Of a stretch of 64,000 bases of DNA, positions 13,195-26,816 are shown one piece after another. The first letter of the stretch is position 1. Every line of letters begins with the position of its first letter. Under the pieces are notes generated by a model that did no database searches, had not been told where the DNA came from, and worked only from the letters and a program-made list of their open reading frames with translations. This stretch comes from Paraspadella gotoi (lineage: Eukaryota > Animalia > Chaetognatha), in the NCBI GenBank assembly GCA_051294375.1, contig CM119271.1, positions 10,469,427-10,533,426 of the forward strand, written 5' to 3'. Made by a program: the position numbers and the translations under genes.

Positions 13195-16100
13195 ATGGAC
13201 GCACAAAACGGAGACGACGGGTCCGCCGGTGAACCAAAAGCCACTTTCAGGTACAACAATCTAACGTCACCACTCGGGCCCTAAATTGTTTTCTTTTAAA
13301 TCCGAAATCAACGCTTTGAATTTCTCAGCTTCGGATCGCCACCCCCTTCACCCACCACCACCGCCCCCGCCGTCCCCCCCTTTCATCTCGACATCTCGGG
13401 TCGCGGCGTCGGTGAGATCAACCCATCCCTCATTCACTCCATGAGCGGAATTTCCCTGCGTCAGGTTCGTTTGACTCGGGATCGACGCTGAAATCCAAGA
13501 TGGCGCCGAGAACTAAACAAAAAACAAAAAAAACAAATGATCTAGGGGGTTTAATGAGAAAACTATTTCAATTTTCTCTTTTCCAAAAAAAAAAAATATA
13601 TGTATAGCTTTTCGGCCCGTTTGTTCAGTCTTTTTCACAGTTCTTGCTTATGTAGATAATATTACTTCTGCGTGTATTATCGAAACCAACTTTAAATTTT
13701 GTAAAATTTTTTAAAACATTTTGAAAAATTATGAACGAATCGGGCCACAACTTGCAATAACTTATGATATGAATGACGTTAAAAGGGGAAGCCTGACCTA
13801 ACGTATCTGTCAAGTTGAAGATAAGAAAACTTGTATTTATAAGTCGTTCACTTCCTTCTTTAAATCAGGCTCTCGATATCAGTCAGGTTTTTTTTTCTTT
13901 TTATCTCAAATTTGATTGACAGTAATCTGCTTAATTATGTAATAGATTTTAGTTGGATTATTATATTGTAGATCATACTCTATCAATTAGGTCGATTTAA
14001 AGCCCCATCGATAAATAATCCGCTTCTCTCTACCTCTGCGAATCAAAAAAAAAAAAAATTCTATTTTTACCAAAAATTACATGATTTCCCATTGTAGCTT
14101 AAGAAAAGCGTTTTTTTGGCATCAATATTTCGGTGTCCAGTTTTTCTGTTTTTTTTTCTAGGACATCGTTGAGGAAGTGGTTCATGTACAATGAAAAAAT
14201 ATCAACGCATTTAACCAGTGGCTGAGGGCGAGTTAGGCAAGAGAGAAAAAAAGTGAATCAAGGTGAAGGGAATTTACGCTGCTCTTTAATTATTCATGCT
14301 CTTCCAAATCACGCATAACAAAAGTCATTTTTTCCGTTTTTTTTATTGGTTTATTTAGCTAATTGCATCGATATATTGACCCCCTTCTCGATTTTCTTTC
14401 CCTGCACCTTGCCATTTTTTTTTCTTTCGTGATTAAACTTTCTCAAAACGACTTTTTTTCTTTTTGCACTTTTTTCGAACTTGACTCTCTCTCCGATTCC
14501 TCTCGCCTCCCTCATTTTTTGATCCCTATTCTTTCTCTCTCTCTCGTAAATCACTCTAATTTTCCTCCTTTCTTTTTCCCTCTTTTCTTACTTTCTTTAT
14601 CTCCTGTCTTTTCGAGCTCTCTCTCCCTCTCTCTCTTCCTCTCTCCTCCCATTTCATCCCCCATCCCCCGAATCGTCGCCAGTCAATGGACAAGCGCGAA
14701 TTGACGGTGGCGACTCCCGAGGAGTTCGTCCATCGCTACGACGGCCGCCGCGTCATCAACAAGGTGCTCATCGCCAACAACGGGATCGCCGCCGTCAAGT
14801 GTATGCGCTCTATAAGGAGGTAGGCGATGATTACCCGTCGTTTGTAATTGTGATTGTGAATTATAAACGAAGAATCATTTTTCCTGTAGTCTTTGGTCTG
14901 TAGAGGGTAGATTTCGGTGAATCTTTCCTTGGGTCGTATTCTTAAGAGGTTCTGGATTATTATAAAATTGGTACAATCAAGATAATGTATTAATATATTT
15001 AAAATAATGTAAAATTGCACACTAGCCACACTAAGCTTCCCCTAATCCTTCTCCCTTGTCAGATGGAGCTACGAATTGTTCAAGAACGAGAAAGCGGTTC
15101 GTTTCGTCGTCATGGTGACCCCGGAAGATCTTCAGGCCAACGCCGAGTATATCAAGATGGCAGATCAGTATGTTCCGGTTCCTGGAGGCACCAACAACAA
15201 CAACTACGCCAACGTGCAGGTGTGAACACGCCATTCTATTCTGATAGAGCATAAGAAGTTAAATAGAAAATATAATTACAACTTTTTAAAATTCTTACGT
15301 TTTCTTGGTCAAAATTAAGAAAAAGTCATAAAATTATCGAGAGATGATGATTATTACCAGTTTTTCTTATTTTTCACCCAAATATAAAAAAAAAATTATA
15401 CTTTGTGTAAACAACATTTTGCAAGCAACCTGAATCTGTTCTTAAAAATGAAAAAATCTTTAAAAAAAATATTTCGCCTTTCCTATATATAAATAAATAT
15501 TAAAAAAATAATATACGGGGAATAGAATTATATTAAAATTTTTTTGTCTATTCAAATTTTTTAAAAAAATGTCTAAATTTTCGTATGAGCAGGTGCTCTA
15601 TTCAAATTTCTTAATCACCCTACTGAGTTAGTCTACCCCTAATATTATCCAGAAGTGTCAAGAGTCAATATTTATTGATAACAAATCCAGCTCCAAGTCC
15701 ACACCTATCATTTTTTACAAATGTTTATGCTTTGCAGTTAATTCTCGACATCGCCAAGCGAACCGGCGTTCAGGCCGTTTGGGCCGGCTGGGGTCACGCC
15801 TCCGAATTTCCCAAACTCCCGGAAATCCTACGCCGCAACGACATCGCCTTCATCGGTCCGCCGGAGCACGCCATGTGGGCGCTGGGCGACAAGATCGCCT
15901 CCACCATCGTCGCCCAGACTGCCAACGTTCAATGCTTACCGTGGAACGGAGAAGGTAAGATAATGGGATAAGATAGCGCCACCCGCTTCTGTCTTGTCGA
16001 TAAATTTGGGAAGCGTTGCGTTTCAGGCGTGACGGTGGATTGGTCCAAAGAAGATCTGGAAGCCGGGAACGCGATCACGGTTCCCGAGGACGTTTATCGC

Positions 16101-18895
16101 AAGGGATGCATCAATTCGGTGGAGGAGGCTTTGCTCGCTGCGCAAAAGATCGGCCTCCCGGGTTAGTCGATGAAAAGTTTCTGCGTGATCGTTGCTACCT
16201 TTAAGCAAAAGCGCAATTCCTCAGTTTAGTTTATTATTTTAGTTAAGATATTATTTTTTACTTTAATTCGAACGAATGAAATGATGAATTAGTAATTAAT
16301 GAGAGTGTGTTCCTTTCTTTCCTTCCCCCAAATTTCAGTGATGATCAAAGCCTCTGAAGGCGGCGGCGGGAAAGGAATTCGCAAGGTGGAGAACATCGAG
16401 GATTTTCCCACCGCCTTCCGCCAAGTGCAGACGGAAGTCCCCGGATCGCCCGTATTTCTCATGAAGCTCGCCCGAAACGCCAGGCATTTGGAGGTCCGTC
16501 ACTAACTTTGTTTTTTTCATATCCTCGTTTTAAATTCGTGAATATCCGCAATTGCCTAAAACTGACCTACTCATTTGCCGCCTCTAGGTTCAACTCCTTG
16601 CCGACGAATACGGCAACGCCATCTCCATCTTTGGACGCGACTGTTCAATACAACGTCGCCACCAGAAGATCGTCGAAGAGGCGCCCGCCGCCGTCGCCGA
16701 GTCCAAGGTTTGGGACGAGATGGAGCGCGCCGCTGTCCGGCTAGCCAAGATGGTGGGCTACGTCAGCGCCGGTACAGTCGAGTATCTCTACAACACGGAA
16801 GAAAACACTTACGCTTTTTTGGAGTTGAATCCGAGATTGCAAGTAAGATGCTCTCTTTTGTCGGGCATCGTAGATTTAATAAAATCTATGTAACACTTGT
16901 ATTTTTCTTCACTTTCTCACTTCTAGGTGGAGCACCCATGCACGGAGATGGTTTCCGACGTAAACCTTCCCGCCGCTCAGTTACAGATCGCCATGGGCGT
17001 CCCGCTTCACCGCATCAAAGACATCCGGGTCCTCTACGGCCAAGACCCTTACGGCACCTCCCCCATCGACTTCGACTCGCCCCCGAAACGCCCCAAACCC
17101 AAGGGCCACGTCATCGCGGCCCGCATCACGTCGGAGAACCCCGACGAGGGGTTCAAGCCTTCCTCCGGCACCGTCCAGGAGCTCAACTTTCGCAGCTCCA
17201 AGAACGTGTGGGGCTACTTCTCGGTGGCGGCCTCGGGAGGCCTGCACGAGTTCGCCGACTCTCAGTTCGGCCACTGCTTTTCGTGGGGGGAGACGCGGGA
17301 AGACGCCAGGGACAACATGGTCATCGCCCTCAAGGAACTCTGCATTAGAGGGGACTTCAGGACAACCACGGAGTACCTCGTCAAGCTGCTAGAGACGGAG
17401 GACTTTATGAAGAACAGGATCGATACCGGGTCAGAAAAAAACCGGTGTTTTTTTACTCGGGAATAGTTTTGCTTTAAATCTTTACTTATGTCAACAGATG
17501 GTTGGACAAATTAATCGCGGGTCGCGTTCCCTCTGAACGACCTGACATTATCGTGTCGGCAATCTGCGCCGCCCTCCACATCGCCGACCAAACCATAGTC
17601 AACAACTTCCAAAACTACCAGAGCAACTGTGAGCGAGGGCAGGTAAGTCGCGGCTCAGGTTCCAATAGTCTTTTATGGAGTAAAAGTAAACATTGCTCAA
17701 TGTTTTAAGATTCTCCCGGCGTCGGCACTGAGCAACAAGGTGGACACGGAGTTAATTCACGCCGGCGTCAAGTATTGCATCAAGGCGACCAAGACTGGAC
17801 ACTCTCGCTATTTTCTCACCATCAACGGGTCTTATCTCGAGGTGGACGTTCACCGCCTCAGCGACGGAGGTTTGGTCGTCGTTCTGCTGATGTAGTGTTG
17901 TTTGATTGACCAATGACCAACGGCTAACGAAATTTCTCGCTTTATCACTTCCAGGTTTGCTGCTTTCCTTCAATGGTGCTTCTCACACGACGTACATGAG
18001 AGAAGAAGTTGACAAATATCGCATCATTGTCGGAAACAAAACCTGCATTTTCGATAAGGAGAACGACCCGACTTTGTTGAGAGCACCTTCGGCCGGTAAA
18101 ATTAGCTTGGTTGATTTCTAACGTTTAATTATCATCAGTAAAAAAGTAGACTAAAATTTCAACAACTTTATTGCATCTTCAGGAAAACTGATCCAGTACC
18201 TCGTGGAAGACGGAGGCCACGTCTTTCAAAACGAAGTCTATGCGGAGATCGAAGTGATGAAGATGGTCATGGAGCTCAGGGTCAGCGAAAGTAAGTGCCG
18301 GGAGTCAGTTTAAAGTATTTGTTACATCTATTATCTTCATTATCTGTCACCGTTCGATAATTTGGAATACGACTATGATTTTGAACTAATTTTCCAGGTG
18401 GTTGCGTCCACTACGTGAAGCGGCCTGGCGCCATTCTCCAAAGCGGCTCCGTCCTCTGCAAATTGGACCTAGACGACTCTTCCAAGATCCAAAAGGCGAA
18501 ACCCTTCGAGGGGAAGTTCCAGCGGTCCGAGGAGAGCGCCTGGGAGTTGGACGGAGAGAAGAAGCACAATCGATTCCTCCGCCTCAAGTCAACCTTGGAG
18601 AACATCATGGCCGGCTACGTCCTTCCCGAGCCTTACTTCGGTCAACATCTCAATCAAGTCGTCGACGCTTTCATGGACATCATCCGGGACCCCGAACTTC
18701 CTCTGCTGGAGATGGAGGAGCTGATGTCCGCCATCTCTGGCCGAATCCCCCTCGAGGTAGAGCAGAACATCTGTCGTCTCTTGACGCTTTACGCTTCCAA
18801 CATCACGTCGGTGCTGTGTCAATTTCCGTCTCAACAGATAGCGTCTATCATCGATTCCTACGCGGGTAAGTGATGTTTGAGAAAGAATGATACTA

Positions 18896-18953
<58 letters not shown>

Positions 18954-21900
18954 CCGGATTTTCCACAGCGACAATCAATCGAAGGACAGAGCGCGACGTT
19001 TTCTTCATCACGACTCAAGGAATCGTCCAGTTGGTTCAACGCTATCGAAACGGCATACAAGGACACTTCAGAGCCACCGTCCAAGACTTGCTGCGGCAAT
19101 ACCTCAAGGTATCCTGCTTGTGATAAAACATACTAAAATAGGAATATCGACGGAACTAATGGCTTTTTATCTGATTTCAAAGGTCGAGCTCCAATTCCAA
19201 TCCGGCCACTACGACAAGTGCGTCTCCAAACTTCGAGAAAAGTACAAAGACGACGTCTCCGAACTTCTCGGTTACATCTTCTCCCACTCTCAAGTCTTGG
19301 CCAAGAACAAACTGGTCATCGCCCTCATCGAAGAAGTCTGCGACCAAGACTCCAACCTCACCGACGAGTTGGCCGCAATCCTCAGCGACCTCACTACCCT
19401 CAACAAGACGGAGAACGCCAAAGTGGCCCTCAAGGCGAGGCAAGTTCTCATCGCCTCCATCACGCCCAGTTACGAGCTCAGGCACAATCAGGTGAAAATA
19501 TTCTTCAATGTTAAATGCCGTCTAATTTGCAATAAAAAAAATTTTCTATATTTTTGTCGTCGTAAAACTGAATGGAATTTTAATTTTAATTTAATTTTAA
19601 ATTCTATTTCGCCCTTTAAAATTACATAAATTTATTATTATTACTATTTTTAAACACAGGTGGAGTCGATCTTCATCAGTGCCATCGATCAGTTCGGAAA
19701 CAAGTTTTGCCCGGAGAATCTCCAAAAGCTCATCATGTCGGAGACGTCCATCTACGACGTCCTGCAGGACTTTTTCTTCCATCCGATCGTCAAGGTGCGC
19801 ATGGCGGCGCTGGAGGTCTACATCCGACGCGCCTACATCGCCTACGAACTCACCTGCCTGCAGCATCAGCAGCTGCCGTCGGGCGTCTGCGTCGTCCTTT
19901 TCCAGTTCCTCCTGCCCTCGACTCACCCTAACCGACTCAGCGCGGAGGCGAAACAGTTCAACGCCAACAACATCCATTCTCCCGTCAACAGCAAGGTTTA
20001 AAATTTTTTGAGAGCGTAAGTCATTTGTTTTTTCGATTTTCCGCTCTTTTTCAGTTAACTTCTCTTCAAATGCCCCGCGTATCTTCTCTCTCTGACGAGA
20101 TTTTTGCCCTGGGAACGGACGCTTCGTTGCCATGTCAACGCATGGGCGCCATCACCGCCTTTCCCTCTTTCGAAGAGTTCGTCGCTCAGTTCGACAACAT
20201 TATGGAACAGTTCAACACGTCAGTGGTGAGTAAACGGTTGGGGTTCGTGAAGTTTGTACGCTTCACGTTATGTTGTTTGTGGTTTTTCGCGTCGTTTTAT
20301 TTCTTTAGCCTTCCTAAATCTTCAGAAAGTATAATTAAAAAAAAAACATTTGGCCCTGACACTTAAGCCCGGATTTCGACTTGGTTACGTACGTACAATC
20401 CTTACATTTTAAGGAGTTATCACAAATCCCGAAGAAATACTCTTTGACTCTCCGTCTCTCTTTCCCCCTTTTCATTCTTTTTCTTATCTCTCGTTTCGTT
20501 TTTTCCATAAAAAAGAAAACTGAAAAAGTTGAATTGTTATATTAATTAAACTGTTTACTGTTTAAATTCAGATATATTACAACCTTAATAGGAGAAAGGT
20601 AATGTGTATTTTAATGGGGAAGCGAAGAATTTTTTTTTTTTCAAACAAAAAATATCAAAGATTTGGTTCTCATGAAAAAGAGCCGAAATGTAATGCAATC
20701 GAACCTTGGAATGGAAAGAACAATTTACGCCCTGTACCAGTAACGCTTAGGAAAAGCGGGAAACCTATGCACCAATTATGGACAATTGTCATTAACACAC
20801 TGTTCGAGAAAAATATATGGAACACTTATACGTGTTCATACGAATTTTTGCTGATTTCATACATAGAAACACTCTGTACGATTGAAATGCCTTCGCTATG
20901 TTTAGCCGGTGACATCTCACATAGTTACTCCCCATTAAACTATCATAACAACTCGCTTACTCGAAACTTGGACCAATAGTGAAATTTGATTAAAAACTAA
21001 TAATTAATTCTAATCCAAGTCTCGAGTTTAAACTACGCCCACATGCTCTTCGTCGCATTCATTCTCCAATCCCACATTCCATTCTTCCCTTCGCTTCGCT
21101 TCTCAATCACCTTTCATTTCCTTCCAGTCGTCAGCTTCGTCCATCTCGGAATCCCGCTCTTCTTCGGCGAGCTCCTTCGTGCGCAGTCACTACCGTACCC
21201 CTTCCAACCAGAGCAACCCCCCCTCTCTGCCGCCGCAGCAATCCTTCGACGAAGTCAGCACCCCCGATCGCGAGGAGGAACCCATTCACATCCTCAGCGT
21301 GGGCATCCGCGTCGGGGAAAACGATTTCGTCAACGGCGAAGATGGAACCGATCAGAAGGTGAAATATTTTGTGTGTCACTCTCTCTCACTTCCACTCCGT
21401 CTTTATATATCTCTTTCTCATTCGTTTCCTTTTTGCAGGAGGACGCGATGCAGGCCAAATTCCAGGCGTTCGCCCTTTCCAGGCGAGATCAACTGAAGGC
21501 GCGCGGGATTCGCCGCATTACCTTCCTCCTCCTCTTCCACCGCGAGTTCCCTAAGTACTACACCTTCCGTGCGAGAACCAACTTCATGGAGGATCGAATC
21601 TATCGCCACCTCGAACCCGCACTCGCCTTTCAGCTCGAGGTCAACCGGCTCAAGAATTTCGAGCTGGAGACAATTCCGACGGCCAATCACAAGATGCACG
21701 TCTATTTGGGTTAGTAACGATAGCTGTTAATGGCCATAGCGTTTTGTTTTTAATTAAACCTAAGTTCTGTAGCTACTAAGTCGCCGAGTTTTACAATTTT
21801 CGTTTTTGTTTACTTTTTGGGAGACGGTGATAAATTAATAAGTATTTATTAAATATTAGATATTACTATTAATTCATTTTCAGGAAAGGCCAAGGTGGCG

Positions 21901-24900
21901 AAGGGACAAGAAGTGACAGACTACCGTTTCTTCGTCCGCTCCATTATCCGCCATTCGGATCTCGTCACCAAAGACGCCTCCTTCGAATATTTACAGAACG
22001 AGGGCGAACGTGCCGTGCTGGAGGCCATGGATGCCCTCGAGGTCGCCTTCTCCACCAACCCCACCTCCAAGAAGGCCGACTGTAACCACATCTTCCTCAA
22101 TCTATTGCCCACCGTACTCATGGACCCAACTAAGATCGAGGAGGCCATCCGCAACATCGTGCTGCGTTACGGTATCCGACTGTGGAAGCTGCGCGTGCTG
22201 CAAGCCGAGATCCGCATGACTATACGCAGCAGCGCGAACGCCCAGCGACAACCCATCCGCGTTTTTCTCTCCAACGAGAGCGGATACTATCTTGACATGT
22301 GCGTGTACAAAGAAGTGACCAATCTTGCCTCCGGACAGACCGTTTTTCAAGCGTACGGCACCAAGCAAGGACCCTGGCACGGAATGCTTACCTCCACGCC
22401 CTACATGACTAAAGACCAATTACAGCAGAAGCGATTTCAAGCTCAAACTCTCGGCACGACTTACGTGTACGATTTCCCGGAAATGTTCCATCAGGCTCTG
22501 CTCGTTTTGTGGAAAGAATACATGGAGGCGCAAAAGAGGGAAGACGGCGTCAAAGATACTACTCCCGGCGCTACGAAGCCACCGGACGCCGTTCCGAACG
22601 ATCTCCTTCATTGCATCGAATTGGTGTTGGACAAAAATCAACACCTGGCGGAGATGAATCGTCTTCAAGGAGAAAATAACATCGGGATGGTCGCCTGGAA
22701 GATGACACTGAAGACGCCCGAGTGCCCTAACGGACGCAGCATCGTCGTCATCGCCAACGACATCACCTTTAAGATCGGATCCTTCGGACCCTCGGAGGAT
22801 CGTCTCTTCCTTGAAGCCTCCGTCTACGCGCGCAAACACAAACTGCCCCGCGTCTATCTGGCGGCCAATTCCGGCGCCCGTATCGGCCTCGCGGAGGAGA
22901 TCAAGCACCTCTTCCGCATCGCTTGGATCGACCCCGAAGATCCCGACAAGGGCTTCAAGTACATCTACTTGAGTCCCGAAGACTTCAAGAAGGTCTCGAC
23001 GGCGAACTCGGTACGCGCCGAACTCATCACCGACGTCGGTGAGAAAGGAGAGACGGAGAGCCGCTACCGCATCACGGACATCATCGGCAGCGACGACGGA
23101 CTTGGCGTGGAGAACCTTCAAGGATCGGGGATGATCGCCGGAGAATCCTCTCTCGCCTACGAAGACATTGTCACCTACAATTTGGTGACGTGTCGCGCCA
23201 TCGGCATCGGCGCCTACCTCGTTCGACTCGGACAACGAACCGTTCAAGTCGAGAACTCTCACATCATCCTCACGGGAGCGGCGGCGCTCAACAAGGTGCT
23301 CGGCCGGGAAGTCTACACGTCGAACACGCAATTGGGCGGCATTCAGATCATGCACAACAACGGCGTCTCCCACGCGGTCGTGCCTAACGATTTCGAGGGA
23401 ATTTGCCTCATTTGCCGATGGCTCTCCTTCGTTCCCGCCGAAAAAGGGGGTCAATTGCCGATCTTGTCTGTCGGCGACCCAGTCAACCGAGAGATCGAGT
23501 TCGTGCCGACCAAGAGCTGCTACGAGCCGCAGTGGATGCTGGCCGGCCGACCAGATCCAGAAAATCCCGACCGATGGCAAGGTGGCTTTTTCGATCGGGG
23601 CTCCTTTCGCGAGATCATGGAGCCCTGGGCGCGGACGGTCGTCTGCGGTCGGGCGCGCCTCGGCGGCATACCCGTCGGCGTCGTCGCCGTGGAGACGCGA
23701 ACCGTCGACCTGGAGATTCCCGCCGATCCGGCTAACATCAACTCGGAACTGCGCAACATTCAACAAGCCGGTCAGGTGTGGTTTCCCGATTCGGCCTACA
23801 AGACCGCGCAGGCGCTGAAGGACTTCAATCGGGAGGAGATCCCGCTCATCATCTTCGCCAACTGGAGGGGATTCTCCGGCGGGATGAAGGATATGTACGA
23901 GATGGTGAGTTGGGGGGAAAAAGTCTCCCGAATTGCCAATTGCTTTGCAAATATATTGCTTAAGAATTCATATTATATTTTTTTTAATTTAGGTTTTGAA
24001 ATTTGGGTCGTACATCGTGGACGGACTTCGGGAATACAAGCAGCCTGTGATTGTTTACATTCCTCCGTACGCCGAACTCAGGGGCGGCGCTTGGGTCGTT
24101 GTAGATCCGACAATTAATCCTCAGCACATGGAAATGTTAGTCGTTCGCTGAAGTTTACGCAAATGAGTTTAATATTTAAATTTAGCCTTAAGTGTATAAT
24201 GAATGTACCCGAAATTCACATATTCATACCTTTTTTATTTTAGGTACGCTGACGTTCTTTCGCGCGGCGGCGTGTTGGAACCGGAAGGAACCGTTGAGAT
24301 AAAATTCCGCTCGCGTGAGTTGGTCAAAGCCATGCGTCGGTTGGATCCCCAGGTTGATGCGGTTTTGTTTCGTTATTTTATTTGGTCCTGACTTCATTTA
24401 AACTTATTGAGTATAGGATTTATTTGTTGTTTAGGTAAAGTCTTTGGCGCAGAAATTAAGCGACCCATCATTGGACGCGAAGACGAAGAACGATTTGGAA
24501 TCGGATCTTCTGGCCAGAGAGCAGTCTCTCCTGCCAATTTATACGCAAGTAAGTCGAGCCTACAACGTACAAATTTTTCGCAGTTATCAATCACTTTGAC
24601 CCAAATCAGGTCGCCATCCAATTCGCGGACCTCCACGACACCGCTGGTCGGATGCAAGAGAAAGGGGTGATCAACGACATCGTGGAGTGGCGATCCGCAC
24701 GGAGTTTCTTCTACTGGCGCCTCCGCCGACTGCTACTGGAGGATCGCGCCAAGAGGCTCATCCGCGACGCCGACGCCGATCTCCCCGAAGGCACCGTCTC
24801 TTCCATGCTGCGACGGTGGCTCGTCGAGCACAAGGGCGCCGTCAACGCTTACATCTTCGAGGATAACGAGGCGTTCGCCGAGTGGCTCGAGGATCAACTA

Positions 24901-25106
24901 GACCCAGAGCGAGAGAGCTCCTCCGTGGTGATGGAGAACATCGCCTGTCTGGCCCGCGACGCCGTCATTCAGACCATCAGGCGCCTCGTCTCTCAGCATC
25001 CCGAAGTGGCCGTCAACAGTGTCATCCACATCATGCAGACGGTCGATCCTTCCCAACGCGCCGACATCTCCAAGATTCTCGCCAATTTGGACGCCGCCGC
25101 GCAGGT

Positions 25107-25149
<43 letters not shown>

Positions 25150-25298
25150 AGATTGGCCAACTATGTTCCTATTACCAGGAGGAGGGCGAGGACGGCGGGA
25201 CTCCGCGGGGTTCGACGTCTCGAACGAGAACCGTGTCGGCTTCGGGGACTCGAACGAGAACGAAGAGCCTTTCCTCCAGCATCATGAACGATGAGTGA
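13195..25298 (+). CDS. ACACA: Acetyl-CoA carboxylase (multidomain eukaryotic ACC), about 26 exons
   Basis: BC domain: [50 protein letters not shown]. Biotin-attachment motif EVMKM at about 18251-18265. CT domain: [38 protein letters not shown]. Every intron traced is GT-AG and in phase. Confidence 0.97.
18898..18951. repeat. (ATA)n microsatellite in an ACC intron
   Basis: Directly visible run of ATA trinucleotides. Confidence 0.95.
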
Positions 25299-26643
25299 AC
25301 GAGATGATCGAAAGTGTGAGATAAAAAGATTGGAGACCATGTTAGTTATTCGCCCCCCTTTCGAAGACTTTATCTCGCGACATTTAAGATCATGCGGCTT
25401 GGCTTGCTTTGACATTAAGTGCCATATATTGCGTATGCAACTTTTTCCATCTTATTTCCACTTTTTTGGACGGTTCTGTTATACTTAATTTTTACTTAGT
25501 TTTAAGACGAAGCCATACTACGTATTTTAATACTTAGTCGAAATGTGATTAACGCTCACTGTCATAACCTCACTTCGTACAAATAGTCGGTCAAGTTTTT
25601 AAACCGCCTTTTTCAGATTTGGGAATTTAGTCTTAGATGTTTTAAATAATGGAATTTTTTTTATTGTTGATATTGTTATAATTATTAGTATTTTCCGACA
25701 TCCGCTAGTCATATTCGATAACATGGGTTCATGCTCTTTTCGTCAGAACATTTTATTAGTTCATTCCCTTTGTTGATTCGTTTATTATTTATCTCCAGCG
25801 GCCTAAAAAGAGGGCAGAAAAATATAAATTGGGTCTCCGATATTGATTTAAATTTAAAGATTACCTAAATCTAATAATTATAATGTTAGTATAAAATAAG
25901 CACTGGATATAAAGCCCTATCATTTATGGCTTCATCTCGGTATCTTTTCATTTATTGAGATCCGAGAATGTATTTTTCTGCTTCTAATTTAATTATGCCA
26001 TTTTACACAATGTGCTTGAACATATTTTTGTTGAAATTAGATTTTGGAAATAAACGCTGACAATTGGACTATCGAAAAGAGTGTCGACATCTCTTATGAC
26101 ATTCGCAGTAAAATCAGGAAAAAAGGAAGAAAAAAGGGGGGGAAGGAAAAAAGGACGCCTTTTAAGATTGGTGACAGAAATGATTAGATCAAACGGTCCG
26201 AAAGTTAGAGGGCATAAAATTGCGATTGTAGTCAGAGTCCCCATTTTATAAATAAGTGCGGGACATTTCTGCTCACAATACTTCTTTCAGAAAAATCTTT
26301 TATTGTACTTCTTGGTTAAATGATTTTTTGCAGATAACCATAACCTGTTCAAAGTAATTTCTAATTAGTAAACGAATAGATAATTTATTGGTTTATTTTT
26401 CTTAAGATAATGAAAATGGAAAAAAAAGAAGATAAGAATTATCGCTGAGTTTTTTAAAATGAAAATCTTCATTCGTCTATAAAATCTGATCGGTTTGACG
26501 ATTTCACAACTCTGGTCCGGAGCGCTACACGGTGCGGGCGTTTTTACTTTTATCATCGGTTGCCCGATGTAATTTGAAAATAATAGGTATCTTACTCTTC
26601 GAGGAAATTTAAATTTTACATTTCTTGCACTGCCTATCAAATA

Positions 26644-26816
26644 TTTTACTTTCGCCAACCGCGGTTTTCGCGGCTTTTGAAAATTTTTTTTTTTTAATTT
26701 AAAAAAAAATATTACCTAATTACCCTAACCCTAAACCCTCTTAACCCTAACTACCCCTAAACCACCCATAACCCTAACCCCTCCCTAACCCCAGTCGGCG
26801 AAAGTAAAAGCAACCC
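26644..26816. mobile_element. Kolobok-like MITE with degenerate CCCTAA repeats, copy 2
   Basis: TTTTACTTTCGCCAAC ... GTCGGCGAAAGTAAAAGCAACCC inverted ends; interior collinear with 2525-2711 (CTTTTGAAAA, A-run, AATTACCCTAACCCTAAAC, ACCACCCATAACCCTAACCCC). Confidence 0.7.

Noticed and set aside
22420-23766. 448-aa minus-strand ORF
   Set aside because: Antisense shadow of the long GC3-rich ACC exon; no recognisable protein.
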